Origin: Craspedostauros australis
Taxonomy: Eukaryota
NCBI GenBank assembly: GCA_030167865.1
Contig: JALAGF010005345.1
Span: 1-64,000, forward strand
Direction of reading: 5' to 3'
DNA: 64,000 nucleotides
Both the position numbers and the translations under genes were made by a program. The notes under the pieces were generated by a model. It saw only the letters and a program-made list of their open reading frames with translations, had not been told where the DNA came from and did no database searches. Every line of letters starts with the position of its first letter. Positions within the stretch are counted from its first letter, which is position 1. Shown piece by piece: positions 21,643-34,657 of the stretch.

Positions 21643-24600
21643 CTATCCAACCTTCAAAGTCAGGTATTCAATAATTTCTCGCTCGGCTCCACCAATAACA
21701 GCGCAGTCCAGCACGGCGTGCATCTCGTCATCCTGCGCGTCTAGTTTTGCTCCGTTCTGCAGCAGCAGCTCGGCGCATTCGGCTGCACACCAACTGCCGT
21801 CGCCTTCGCCTCGCTTCTTCAGAACGCAAGCATGTAGCGCCGTGCGTCCCTTCTCTTCTGGGTTCTTCCAGGTGATGACGGCCCCATGTGCCAACGCTGT
21901 TGCAATGCCGATGACATCGCAATTGGAGGCCGCCGTGAAGAGATCCCGGCTGTACTTTTCCTCGCGCTCTTCGTGCGTTTTGCCATCATTTTCAGCATAC
22001 TCAATAAAACCTCTCCAAAGGTACTTGCTCTTGATCCACTCTTCCTTCGCCTTCCTGCCGGCACCAGGCTCCGGCTTTTTCCATCCGCGTTGGAGGCCCG
22101 TGCCAGCCTCCCAGATGGCGTTCACCTGTTCGTTGCCCATCAGCAAAAGCAGATTGCCTTCGCTCTCTGACAACGAATCGAGCTTCAGCGACCGTACCTG
22201 TTCGGTTTACATGATTGATGAGTGGAATGCATACGACAGAATATTATTCACAAAGACAGAGCATCATGTATCGTGGGAAGAACGTGGAAATGTGAGTACA
22301 CAGTGTGCCTGTCAGTATGGCATTGCGGATTGCATCGTTTGCCCCACCCTCTCATACTGCCATCCGGCATTTCCAATGTAACCGTACTCTTGAGTTCTTC
22401 GAATCAGTAAGACCTCAATTCATAATTGAGTTCAAGGCCAGAAGACCTCAACACAAATGCAATGGAGACGCAAGCACAGTCAGGGACATGAGAGTCAATG
22501 TGTCGTACCTTGCTCACGTGAACGCCCAAGGATCGGTGCACAGCGCTGCATTCGATGCAAACTAAGATGCCGAGATTCAGCGACACCCAATCGGGGTTGG
22601 CGGCATTGCAATCGGCGCAGCGCTGGTTGCATTTCATCAATTCCGGCGCAGCTGTGGACTTGACGAACTCGATCACCTCTCGAGTGCCTTTGCCTGACTT
22701 CCTGTCGTTGTCCAAGTCATGGAATTCAGATAACATCACCTCGTCACCATCCATGGATGACTCGCGCGAAAGAGCACCGACTGATCTTGGCATGGTGTCA
22801 AGGTCTCTGGAATTGGTTCTTGACCTGTTGTTGTTGGTGCTGCTATTTCCGCCGACACGTCCGATATCCTGCGGGTTGCCATGCACGAGATGGGCCTCGA
22901 TGGCGTTGCGGATGGTCTCCTTCCACAGCTGGAATTGCTTCGGTCCACGAGCCTGAAGGACGAGCGGGTGCTGGTTCGGGGTGATGACCTCGAAGGAGAA
23001 GCGCGGGGCGTCCTTCTGCGGCTCTCGCACCGTGCACAGCACCACGTCGCAAATCTTCACGCGCTCCAAGGTGGGGTTGGCATCTCTCGTGCTGGATTTG
23101 CGCTTCTCGTTTTGGTTGCGGAAGTAGTAGATGCCGTCGCTGTCCATCATGAACCACCGCTTGCTCCACGGTGTGAGTGATATCCGCTGGGAGCTCTTTT
23201 TGTACAACCAGCCCTCGATGTAGACGCCCGGGGCCTGATCTCGTTGCAAGCGGGTGGAGGCCGCCAGCATGCTCGGCAGGTCCCAGATCTGCACCTGCTG
23301 CTCGATCGCATCCAGGCCCATGACCTGCTGGTTGATGTAGCCCTTGTCGCCTCTGGAGATGGCCTCGACGATGATCTCGGCGCTTTTGGTCATCTCGCGG
23401 AATCCGCTGATCGTGCTGCCGATGTCATCCTCCCTCGCCATCCACGATGGCCCCAGCTTGTTCTCTAGGGTCTGCCTCGCGGCCACCTGATCGAGCTGGA
23501 ATCTGTTCATGGTGGGGAGCAGACCTGTGACGAGATCGGAACAGTGGTGGAAGTAGGCCCTGACGCCGTGCAAGGAAGCGAGGCAGTTCTCGCCGATCTC
23601 GAATTTCCGTCGCTGTTTGTGCGCCACGAGGTGCTTGAGGAGCTGGAACCGCTTCAGCTCTGCCGTGGCCTGGTGCAATCTGACCTGCTCCAGGGTGAGC
23701 CGCAGGTTGGCGGACGCCAGCGCCTTCTGCACCACCGGATCTTCCGATGCCTGAGACGGCGATGGCTTGACGGAGCTCCTGCCCTGCGACAGATTTGTCT
23801 TGCCGCCCCGGTTCGACGACTGATCCTTCTTGTTGCGATTTGAAAATCTGGAAAATAGGCTCGCGCCGTGGTTCCCCACCTGCTCACTGAATTTGTTCCA
23901 TGCGTCGCTCGTCCCGCCTTCGGTGGGTTCTCCATCAGCACTTACCGCATGGCGGCCATTCATGAATTTGGCAAAGATCTGCTCAGCGTTTTCTGTGGCA
24001 CCTTCGGCAGTGTCCCTGAGGTTGATAGCCGTTCTGTACTCGACGTCTGCGAATTGCTCGAAGGATTTGACCAACGTTGCCTCGAAGGATACGCACATTT
24101 GTTCCTGGGCATTCGCGATCTCGTCCAGCATCTGACATTGCCGAAATAGAGTTGGCGGAGGCAAAGTCGGCGGCGCAGTTGATAATTGGATGATGGTGAA
24201 AGAGGTACGGTGTGGAATCGTTGTGGAATAGTAGAATAATCGAATGTGGTATTATACATACGAGTTGGGGCAACAAATTGTGAGCTTCAATCGCTTGATG
24301 GCATGTTCCGACGGCTCCACCTTGACATTGTTTGGGACTTCCTCTTGACAATGCTCGTTTGGCATTGTCTCATCTACTTGGTGCGCTACAGTCGCTGCCA
24401 CAACTTTGAGCTGTGGGTCATGAAAGGGGTCATTGCATGTGTGTTGATTGCATGTGTTGATTGTCTGTGTTGATTGCATGTGTGTTGATTGTCTGCGTTG
24501 ACTGCATGCGTGGAACAATCGCAATAAGCCACTGAAGGCAACGAAAGGAAAGGAGATCAAAGGAGATCAAAGACAACAAACTCACCTCCGCCATGACGCC

Positions 24601-25038
24601 CATGAGTCCGGCCATGTCGTCGCCAACCGCTCGTCGCCGTTCCTCTTCTTCGTGCGCTCGGCGCTCCGCCAGCATCGCCTCGTCCATGCCGTCTTCGCTG
24701 CCTGGGTGGGGTCGCTGCAGGCGACAGGCCATGGCCAGACGGCGCGTGGATTCCGCCATGAGGGCCCCGCATTTGCCAAATGTCCTCGTTCTGGCAGCAA
24801 TGTCCTTGAGGGTCTCGTTCATGACCTGCAGCTGCTGCATCTCATGATCGACGTAGGACGTGAAGTAGGGAGAGTCTGCGCAGAAGCTCTTCTGCGTGTC
24901 CGTGCTCATCGGGGCTCCCAGCGGCTTCAGGTGGATGGAATTCCGGGCTCCGGCCGGCCCGGTGCCGGCGGCAGCTGCTGCGCTGACTCCATCGTGGTCA
25001 TCCTTGGAGGGACTTGTCGCGACCATGGCAGACGTCAT
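21643..25038 (-). CDS. ACAP/centaurin-beta-like ArfGAP (BAR-PH-ArfGAP-ankyrin)
   Basis: Exons 25038-24586, 24131-22509, 22197-21643. BAR start [15 protein letters not shown]...WSKRWF...WKETI; ArfGAP CADC...[53 protein letters not shown]. Confidence 0.92.
24432..24512. repeat. Degenerate minisatellite (gattgcatgtgtgtt / gattgtctgtgtt units) in ArfGAP intron 1
   Basis: Seen directly, about 6 imperfect 13-15 nt units. Confidence 0.85.
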
Positions 25039-25917
25039 TGCATCCACGAATGCAGCCAATGCAGCGAAATGCAGCGAAATGCAGAGAATGCAAGCCGATC
25101 TGATCAATCGCAACCAGGCACAAGCCAATCCGACGTTATGGATGGACTGTGGCGTGTGTTGTTGCAATGTCTGAGCAATGTGATTGTGATGAAGTGCTGC
25201 AAGATCAAAGCAAGACCAAAGGCAAGAATTCGAACCGAAGCAGCGACTGCAGTGAGACACGAAACCGCAATGCTGTGCAGCGGTTCGGATCGTCTGCGCA
25301 GAGAGAGGTTTTGTGCGTGTGTGTGTGAGCGTGTTGTGCGGTTGTGGCGGAGCTGCTCTCTGTGCCTCATACGCCAGTTTTTGGATTCCTTTCTTGGTTG
25401 CCGACTTTTACCTGCCATTTCCCACAGAGAGCCGGACAAACACAGGCAATGCCCAAGTAACAGCTTTCGCGTGACAAAATTGGCCGACGATGCCTCACTT
25501 TTTTCTCACTCCGCTGGTTGTTGTATCACGGGGAAAGGGAGAAGGCAGCCTGGTACCAAGACCTTTCGATACTACTGGGCTTCGGAGTCACGAACGACAT
25601 GGAGCAATGACCCTTCTCAGACCGTTCACCAATATGGACAGTTCGTTTCATACGGTCAACACAAGAGAACGGTCATCTATTGTTTCGAAAACCACTTCAT
25701 AGTATCATATCGTGGTACCACAAAATCTACATCCATAAATCCAAGAGCAAATCAGCAACTTGGGGCAAACTCTGAAGAGTTCTCTGGGTGCGATAGGTCG
25801 GTACTGTGTCATAATTTGCATACCAATAACGGAGAAAGTAGTGACAGGATCATTGTGTGATACGTATGGAGTCATAAAGAGAGTATTATTATGTTTGTGA
25901 GGAACAGACGTTTTACT

Positions 25918-28789
25918 CTAGTCCTGATGAGGTCTTTGCCGTCTTTGGGCGCGTCGCTGTCGTTCCCTGCGCTTCACGGCCCAGCTCAGCATGGCGACCA
26001 GACCAGCCGACGCCCAGATGCTCGACACGAGGAACAGATCGGATGCGCACTTGCCACCGCCGTGCTCCTCGAGGAAGAAGTCGGCATTGCCGTCAGGGAG
26101 ATGTTCGAAACAACCATCGTCCAGCTCCATTGGCCTGGAACAGACGAGGCCACGGACGAGGGGGATCATCTGCGCCGCCTTGTCCCACATCAGGAAGTAC
26201 TTCTGAGTCGGTTTCAGCACCAGCAACCTCAGCGGGTTCAGCAGAGACGATGACACCGCCTCATCCGTGATCTGAACACTGCCCACAATCCCGTGGCACT
26301 TGTTGGCATCACCGAAGAAGCCGCCGACCAATCCCCACGATACGCGAAGCAGCCAAAGAGTCATGACGACCACGACCAGCTCGAACACTCTGCCGCGCAG
26401 ATCCAGACCGCGTGTTTTCTTCATCACTGTCGCAATTCCACCCCCAAGCAGCGCCATGACGTAGAAGGAAGTGGGGATGAGCACGAAAGCCAGGTCGTAC
26501 ATGAGCGGGTCGCGCTTCATCCCAGGGAACAGCAACATCGTAGCAAGGCTGTACACGGCGACGGATGCCCAGAATCGGTGTGGCTTGTAACACACGTGCT
26601 TGTGCACGATGTGCCATGACACATTCTGGCACTGTCGCGAGCAGTAGTAGCTGCGCAGGCATCGCACGCACTTCCATCTCGCACGTTGCCGGCAGAGACT
26701 GCATGCCCAGCGCCGGCGAGAAACGCCCTTCTTCTTGAGCAGACGCCGTGCGCGGCAGTACAGAGCCACGATGGGCGAGATGATGACTGGTGCGATGTAC
26801 TTCAAGCGTTGCTGCCGGACGATCCACGTTCCGATTCGCCACCAGATGTGTGGTTGCCTCAAGGCCAGGAGAACGTGCGGTGGCATTGGCTCCATGCCGT
26901 GGTCGTTGTTCACTACAGCTGGTCTGGCTGATGGGGGCAGAGCGTAGGCGAAACCGCACGTCTCGCAGTTGAGGCCTCCGCGCGCCGCTGGGTGTCTCGA
27001 CCAGCATCGCCACTGCTCCAGGCACAAGTAATGCACGAATGCCATGGAACCAGAGCATTGGCAAGGCGCCAGGAGTGGATTTGCGGATGCGCTGGGATTG
27101 GGGTGGTACCTGGGATGGGGATGCACAGGTCCCCTTTGGAGGATGTTGCTTGTCGGTCCTGCTGCCTTGACGGAATCATCATCATCGAGATTGTCCATGC
27201 CCTCCTCGTTCGAAGCGGTGCCAACAGCATCGCCGTCTTGTTCGTTGGAAGATGATCCGTGTCTGGATGCAGCATTTTGGCCATCGTTGTCATTCTCCAT
27301 CGCTGGTGATGGCTGCTGGTCGTCGCTGTCGTCGTGCAACCCCTCTCTGCATATTCTGCAGAACACTGGCTCCATCTGGTGCGCGGCTGATGATACTGGG
27401 GGAGAGAGGCCGTCGGTGTAGTTGAGCATGAGCTTCATTGCCACGGACGATGGGAATTCGATGCCCGAACGCAAGCAGACGAGCGCTGAGCTGGAGGCCT
27501 CGATCGGATCGACCGCTGGCGCAGTGGCGTTGTCCTGCGGCTCGTCCATGTCATCACGCATCGTATCCACATCCTCACGCTCGAAATCCATCGACTCCAC
27601 GATCGCGGTGCGTTCATCCACCTGCGAAGACGGATCGCTGTTCGTAACATCATCAGTCTGTTGCCGTTGCTGTTGCTGTTGCTGTTCTTGGCCTTCTCGT
27701 GACGGCTGAGTCCTGCCGTCGGCAACGGCGTCATTTTCACGTTCATGTACGTCTTCATTTTGATTGTCAAAGACTCTGTGGATGGCGTCTTCTCGTGGCG
27801 TATCGTTGTCGCTGCCCGTGCGAGGACGTATGTTGTTGGTTGGTACGTCGATGCTTAAATGTTCTGTGCGGTATACAGGAGTGAAGTGTGGTACAGCAGT
27901 AGGGTGCACAAAGTAGTACGGATTTGCAAGAGCGTGATTTAGTATCGACAAGAATACAGCAGCGGAATGGAAAAGAGCAGCGTTGTCATTGGTTGATACT
28001 CGCATGTTGGATGATATCATATGATCCAAGCAATTTGACAGGAGAACAAGGATAGTTCTGCGGAGCCAAGGATAGCATGGCAATGCAAGGTCAAGTACAG
28101 TCGAAGCACGATGCTGCGCTGATTGGCTTTACCAACGCCTCCGCACTGCGGAACCCCACATGGATGAATACTTGCAAGTACGAATGCATGCACGGACGCA
28201 CGGATGCGTGGATAGCGGGTGGAGGAACGATGAAATGGAACGTACCTGGTGACATTGCTCCAATGGAGATCTCCGAAGTCCCGTCCATGACGGAGTAGAG
28301 GTTGCCCTCTCCCAGCCTCCCCAAGGCGATGTAGCCTGCGAATCCTCCGTTGCGGCCGGTCCAGCGCAGGCGGAGCCAGTAGCGGTTGAACGCGAGGCAG
28401 ACGTCATCCACCAGCACAACCTCCGAATGCTTGACGCTGCGCACGGGCACACCCTCCTGCACAGGCGAGCGTCTGCGATGGGTACCTCGCCGTGCGTTCG
28501 CCGCTGCCACCGTCTGCTCATCAGCCGTGTTGCCAGAGAATGACACCGGTTGCGCAGTGACGTTGGGCGCGTCTCTTTGACCATGCTGCGCTTGCATTTG
28601 GTGCCGTTGCTGCTGCTGATTGTGGCGATTGGCAGCGGCGCCATCGTAACCCTGATGTCCACCTTCATTGTTTGCGGCATCTCCGTCATGTTCTGTCGCA
28701 TCAAGATCACATGGAGCTGAGTAAACTTGAATTTCATGACGCCATGGCTCTCTGGATCCTTCGCCTGGTTGGCAAAGATAGACAGGCAT
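25918..28789 (-). CDS. Membrane-anchored RING-CH (MARCH-like) E3 ligase with a MYND zinc finger
   Basis: Exons 28789-28246, 27863-25918 (ccag|gtacgt ... gcacag|aa). RING-CH CRIC...PCQCSGSMAFVHYLCLEQW...CETC; MYND CSLC...CVRCLRSYYCSRQCQNVSWHIVHKHVC; about 4 hydrophobic segments after it. Confidence 0.85.
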
Positions 28790-28821
28790 GATTCCTCAAT
28801 TGCTTCTGCTTCTCCTTTGGT

Positions 28822-28896
28822 TTGTCTGTTGTCTGTTGTTTAGTAGCTGTTGTTTAGTAGCTGTTGTCTGTTGTCTGTTGACTATTGTCTGTTGAC
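28822..28896 (-). repeat. CAGACAA / CAGCTACTAAACAA tandem repeats in the 5' leader of the RING-CH gene
   Basis: Seen directly (ttgtctg units and tgttgtttagtagc x2 on the + strand). Confidence 0.85.
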
Positions 28897-29925
28897 TTTG
28901 GGTGGAGGCTGCTTGCTGCGCTCTGCAAGGGTTGTGGTGTGATTCACCGTCCTTGTCGCTATCGCTGTGGCTCTCCTTGCGTCGGACTGTGTCACAAGTT
29001 GATCGTGTCGCGCGCAGTTGCGAACACGGGAGGTCGTGTCGAAGGAGCTCGCGCGCCGAGTCGAGCGGCCCGTATCGCAGAGTCGTTCTGCCTGTTTTTG
29101 CAGGACTTGATGCTGCTGCTGCTTCGATCGCTGTTGCTGCAACTGCTAGCACTATCAATGCCACCCTTGTGGAGGTTGTGAGATGGTGATCGTTTGTATC
29201 AGGATGTACTGGACGATGCCTCCGGTTGAATTAGAGTCAGTTGCTCTCTCGTTACGCAACAGCGCTTGAAAGAACACAGGCCAATGATCCCCTTGTGTCC
29301 GTGCATCCATGTGTCGACTGGCCAGGGCTCTCTGGGTGCCTCTTTTTGGTTGGGCCAATCGGTCAATCAGCACGGACGAGCAAAGGACGCGGCGAAGAAC
29401 GCAGAAGATGCCGAAAGGGAAGGCGAGAAGCACGACAACAAGGAAGCACAAACACACAACGAACAAAGACTGCGCCACGGAACTAAACGCTTCACAAGGA
29501 AGTACTCAATGAGCCCCAAGACTGCATCTATCGACCACTTCGATCCGATGAACAAATCCAATCACGAAAACTTGGTGTTCGTGACAGACGTCAGCCACAA
29601 CGTCAAACAAAACACCGAAGAAGTTTCGATGAACGTGGATGGAGAAGAACAACCTCAACCTCAACCTCAACATCCGCGACACCATCCTCCACACATCGTC
29701 GCAAACACGCACGTCAAGAGAGAGCGTTTGGAGGAAGAGCCCCTTCCTCTTTGGCCACCGCTCCTGGTACTGTACGCGTATGGCGCCAAACTTGATTGCG
29801 ACCGAACACAATACTCGTACCAATACTCGGACTCTGCAGAAGAGGGCAGCAGTCGATCCTCATTCTTTGGTTTCATCAGCAGAAGCACCATACATACGAA
29901 TACCAACACGATCGCGTATTCCACC

Positions 29926-32766
29926 ATGCTCTCTTCGTCGGCAACCATCGGTCGGCTCTCCGCGGTTCTCCGAAGCAAGGTCAGCACGCTGTCACGGCGC
30001 CCTCATTCAGGCCTTCCAGCATCCGCTTCTGCATTGTCATCATCGTCGTCGTCGTCGTCGTCCTTGATCTGGAACAGCGCGCAGCAGGTGCCCGGTGCTG
30101 CTATCCAAACAGAATGCACAGGCTTGCGAACAAAGTCTACCGCAGCTCAATCAGGCAGCGATGCCGCATCGAATCAACCAGTGCTGTCCATGGTCAACGA
30201 CCGGCCAGAAGGGTACCTCAGCCGGGTCCTCAATGCGCGCGTCTACGAAGCAGCCGTCGAAACGGATTTGCAACATGCCAAGAACCTGAGTTCGGTAAGG
30301 TCCTTCATCAACATGTGTGCATCAGCCGGGACAAACAGATGGAATGGCGGAAAACCAATGCGACACGCGACGTTTGGAACATGAACAGGCATGGGCAATG
30401 TTTTCATTTGATAGCAACATTCACAGAGCGACCATGGACGGAGTCTTTTTCTTTCTTGGTTGCTGCAGAAGAGCCGCATCAACATTGAAGTCACCATCCA
30501 ATCTCCGCCTGGCCATCGCACTTGGATTCTTTGCCAAAACCCAATCGACCTATACCCGTGCACGTCTGATCTCACCTCGTTTGGTCCAAACCCTATTTCC
30601 GTTTTCATCATCATCATCATCATCATCGTTGGTATGATGTAACATGGTGTGGCATGATATGATATGATATGGTCTAACATCCTCACGTCGTCAACATTCG
30701 TACATTCGAACCATCATCCACTTCGTGCCCACCACAATCCAACAACACGTATGCTACTCCACAGCTTCTCAAGAACACGGTGCTGCTCAAACGAGAAGAC
30801 ATGCAGCCTGTATTTTCGTTCAAAATTCGTGGAGCGTACAACAAGATGGCGCATCTCTCCAACGAGGAATTAGCGACGGGTGTCGTCGCCTGTTCCGCCG
30901 GAAATCATGCGCAGGGCGTGGCTCTGTCCGCCAGGATGCTGGGGTGCAGGGCCATCATCGTCATGCCCTTGGCCACGCCATCCATCAAGATCAACTCGGT
31001 TCGCGTCCACGGCGGTCCCACCGTCGAGGTCCGTCTCTTCGGCAACAACTACGACGAGGCAGCTGCCGAGGCCAAGCGCCTCAACAAGGAAGAAGGCCTC
31101 ACCATGATCCATCCCTTCGACGATCCTCACGTCATTGCCGGACAGGGCACCATCGGAATGGAAATCCTCAAGGAATGCGTCAGCCAACCGCTTGACGCCA
31201 TCTTCGTGTGCTGCGGTGGCGGCGGTATGCTGGCCGGCATCGCCGCCTACGTCAAGAGCGTGCGTCCCTCCGTCAAGGTCATTGGCGTGGAGGCGGCAGA
31301 TGCTGCGGGCATGACCGCCTCCATCCGCAAGGGTGAGGTGGTCACGTTGGATCGCGTGGGACTCTTCGCGGACGGAGCGGCGGTGCGCACTATCGGTGAA
31401 GAGACCTTCCGCGTTTGCCACGAGCTCGTCGATGATATGATCACGGTCGATACCGATCAGATCTGCAATGCCATCAAGCTCAGTTACAACGATGCGTAAG
31501 TGTCGATGCGTCCATCTGTCGGTGATTGCGGCATGGTCGTCGCTGAAGCTGTGGAAGACCAAAGCAAGATGCAAGACTGAAGTGGTGGGAGAGCAATGGC
31601 GGGTTGCCTCATGCTTCGCTACGATGTCTTGCAATGTACTGTGTGGTGGCTTTGAGTGTTTCTGACATTCCATACCTTCTCGTCTTTCAATAACCACCAC
31701 CCAACTCTTCTCCTCCATACCACGATGACTCACTCTTCCATCACTTCGGCCAATGCCATCGTCATGAACAATCAATGATTCGCAGGAGAGTCGTGTTGGA
31801 ACCAGCCGGTGCTCTGGGAATTGCCGGAATGAGAAAATATGTGGAAACGACAGGAGCGCAGGGAGAGACCTTGGTGGCCATCACATCGGGCGCCAACATG
31901 GACTTCGATCGCCTCCGATTTGTGTCGGAACGCGCGGATGGATCGGAACGAACATTGGCCGTCACCATCCCCGAAAGCCCGGGATCCTTCCGTGCCCTGT
32001 ACTCCCTCATATGGCCCCGCAACGTGACGGAATTCTCGTACCGATTCGACACGGCGTCGGAGGCGCACGTCATGATCTCCTTCCAGCCAGTGATGAACAT
32101 CGCGAACGACTTCGAGGGCATCATGTCCAACCTGGAGGAGAACGGATTCTCTTGCGTCGATCTGAGCAAGAATGAGCTCGCGAAGGTCCACGTGCGACAC
32201 ATGGCCGGTGGCAGATCCAACGTCGAGGACGAGCGGTTGTTCCGATTTGATTTCCCAGAATCTCCCGGTGCCCTGCAGCGATTCCTGTTGAGTTTGGATG
32301 TCGATTGGAACGTGTCGCTTTTCCATTACAGAAATCACGGTGATGACTTTGGAAGAGTTCTGGTGGTAAGTTTCTCCGCTTGGCTTGACTGGTCGTCTAT
32401 CTACTCGTATCTTGCTATGTTGGTTGTGGATGATCGTTCGTGTGCTGCATATCATCGGCACGTGTTGGAGGTGTGGTATTCACGAGAACTGCAACCGTCA
32501 CGGCTTCACTGTTGTTCTCACGACACCGGGTCTGTTTGCCTTTCTTCGACGCCACTCATCACCCACAATGTTCGCACATTGCCTCTGATTTGCGAACAAT
32601 CGACAACGTGCACTTCTGGGCGGATCAGGGTATGCAAGTCCCAGATACCAGCGACGACGAGCTGAAGCGATTCTTTGACACGTTGGGTTACCGATGCGTC
32701 GAGGAGACAGGCAATCCGGTGTACGACATCTTCCTGAGACAAGACAGGAACAGACCAAAACAGTAA
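29926..32766 (+). CDS. ilvA: Biosynthetic threonine dehydratase (PLP-dependent, C-terminal ACT-like regulatory domains), probable mitochondrial presequence
   Basis: Exons 29926-30294, 30765-31495, 31786-32365, 32629-32766. KREDMQPVFSFKIRGA (PLP Lys), SAGNHAQG, GQGT, CGGGGM, EPAGAL, SGANMDF, FPESPGAL, FHYRNHG. The N-terminus is R/S/L-rich with no acidic residues. Confidence 0.95.
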
Positions 32767-33349
32767 CGCGAAGGGACAACTGCGAGAGTAGACCTTGTAG
32801 AGACTTCGGTTGTTGTTGATCACTCTATGTACGATACGAAGAGATGATATTGCAGTAGACGGAATGGAGGGTTCTATTCCGCTGTTGCATCGTAAGTCTT
32901 TTGCGTGAACATGTTCAACTATCAGACGGTCGTCGAAGCGATACTGTGTTGTGCTGCAGCCCTGGTCTTCATGAGAACGAACCAGCAAAGTTGTTCTTGG
33001 ACATGTTCTCGCAGGTGAAATCTGGCAGCACCAAGCCAACGCTGTTTCCTGTTCCGACTTCAAGCTGCGGGCATTCCCCACAATCATGACGCTTGCGTCG
33101 TCAACGGCTGAATCGTTGTTTGCATCATCTCCGTGTCGTATCAACGCATCACGTTCGCACTGCTCTCGATGACGAGAAAGCGAACGCGGCATCAATCAAC
33201 CAACCGAGTCAGTGTGATGCAGCCTTGTCGGTGCAGGAGAGTACTCGTACATATGCAATTGTGTTTCCTCCCACTCACGTCACTCTGGATACAGCTGGTG
33301 CAATCATCAAGCACCCTATTTGCATCATTTACTTCCCATGTACCGTGCT

Positions 33350-33352
<3 letters not shown>

Positions 33353-33382
<30 letters not shown>
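33353..33382. repeat. (TC)15 microsatellite
   Basis: Seen directly. Confidence 0.95.
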
Positions 33383-33386
<4 letters not shown>

Positions 33387-33461
33387 TACACGTATGCATG
33401 CGTGCATGTACATGCTATAGTCCAGTTTGGAGTAATCCAATTGAATCCAATTGGAACCCAG

Positions 33462-34135
33462 TCAACCGCGATGAGGCACTTCCACGACGATACTGTCCCC
33501 ATCGACAAAGATCAGAACGCGGTTGGTATCGAAGGATCGTTCCGTCTCTTTCGATTCGATATTCTGGATGATGAGGTTGTCTTCCTGAACGTCTGTGGCA
33601 GTGCTGGCAATGTACGCAACGCAAGCTTCACCCGACATGCCAAGGCACTTGGGCCACGGACCCTCGTATTGCGACATCTTGATCATCGGAGGTGAGACGA
33701 TCGCGGCGTTCGACTTCAAGTTGGAGTGAAGTGAAGTGATGGGTTTTGGGTATGGTGTTGGTGATAGAGATGGAAGAATTGGTGAAGGAATGAGAGAGTG
33801 AGAGTGAGAAGAAGTGGCCGTTGGGTGTGTGCTGGAAGACGACACAACGCAACGTAACGCATAGTACGAATGGAGCGTTGATCGCTGCAGTTTGGCTATC
33901 GATCAAGACGGTGTCTTGCTGCAGCCCGACACCAAACCTCCAATCAATCAATGCCATTGCGACTCCAAGCATCAGTAGGCAGCAATTCTGTCGAGGAGCC
34001 GTCAATGGAACTTACGTTGCTGGTTGCATTTCCACCACTCTTGACATCGTACGCCACGAAGATGAATGCGGCGATCAACAGCAGAATCGAAGCCAAGAAT
34101 GGCGCGGAGATGAAGGAGCAGCTTCTTCTTGTCAT
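33462..34135 (-). CDS. Potato inhibitor I (I13)-like serine protease inhibitor with an N-terminal signal/anchor
   Basis: Exons 34135-34016 (MTRRSCSFISAPFLASILLLIAAFIFVAYD...; aac|gtaagt) and 33713-33462. WPKCLGMSGEAC...FDTNRVLIFVD...VVEVPHRG* matches the family pattern WPELVG...DRVRLFVD...PxxG. Confidence 0.75.
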
Positions 34136-34657
34136 TCTTGTACTGATACTCTGTGCTATTGCTTGCTTGATTGACTTCTTTCGCTGCTTGTGGTGTGATG
34201 AAGGGGAAGGCAATACGAATAGAGGACCATGCAATGAGCGTGTTTGTTCACTCTCCGCAAGAAACAGGGATCGTTGTGACACTTTTGTTGTGCACGTGAG
34301 TGCGAGATGACGAGAAACAGGAAATTCAAAAGTGGCGATCGCCATTTGACCACTTCGAATGACGCGCACACAAAACAACACAATAAAAAATGGCGCGAAG
34401 ACCTCAGGCTTCACCAACATTCCGATGCTATCCCAACGCTTCATTTCAAGACGCCAGACCATCACTTACAAAGTCTTCCATTGTGTTTCAGTGCAGTAAA
34501 CACAAATATTCTGATCCATTTGTTGCATTGCACACGATCTACAATACCGAAGTGTGTACTCCACAGCGCATCACAGAGCGCTGCATGATGCAAGCACCAC
34601 ATCACGTACAGTGAAGGACTCTCTTTTCTCTCTCTCTCTCTCTCTGTGTATCCATAT

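Noticed and set aside
24652..25860. 402-aa plus-strand ORF
   Set aside because: It is antisense to ArfGAP exon 1 and its promoter and has no protein-like features.
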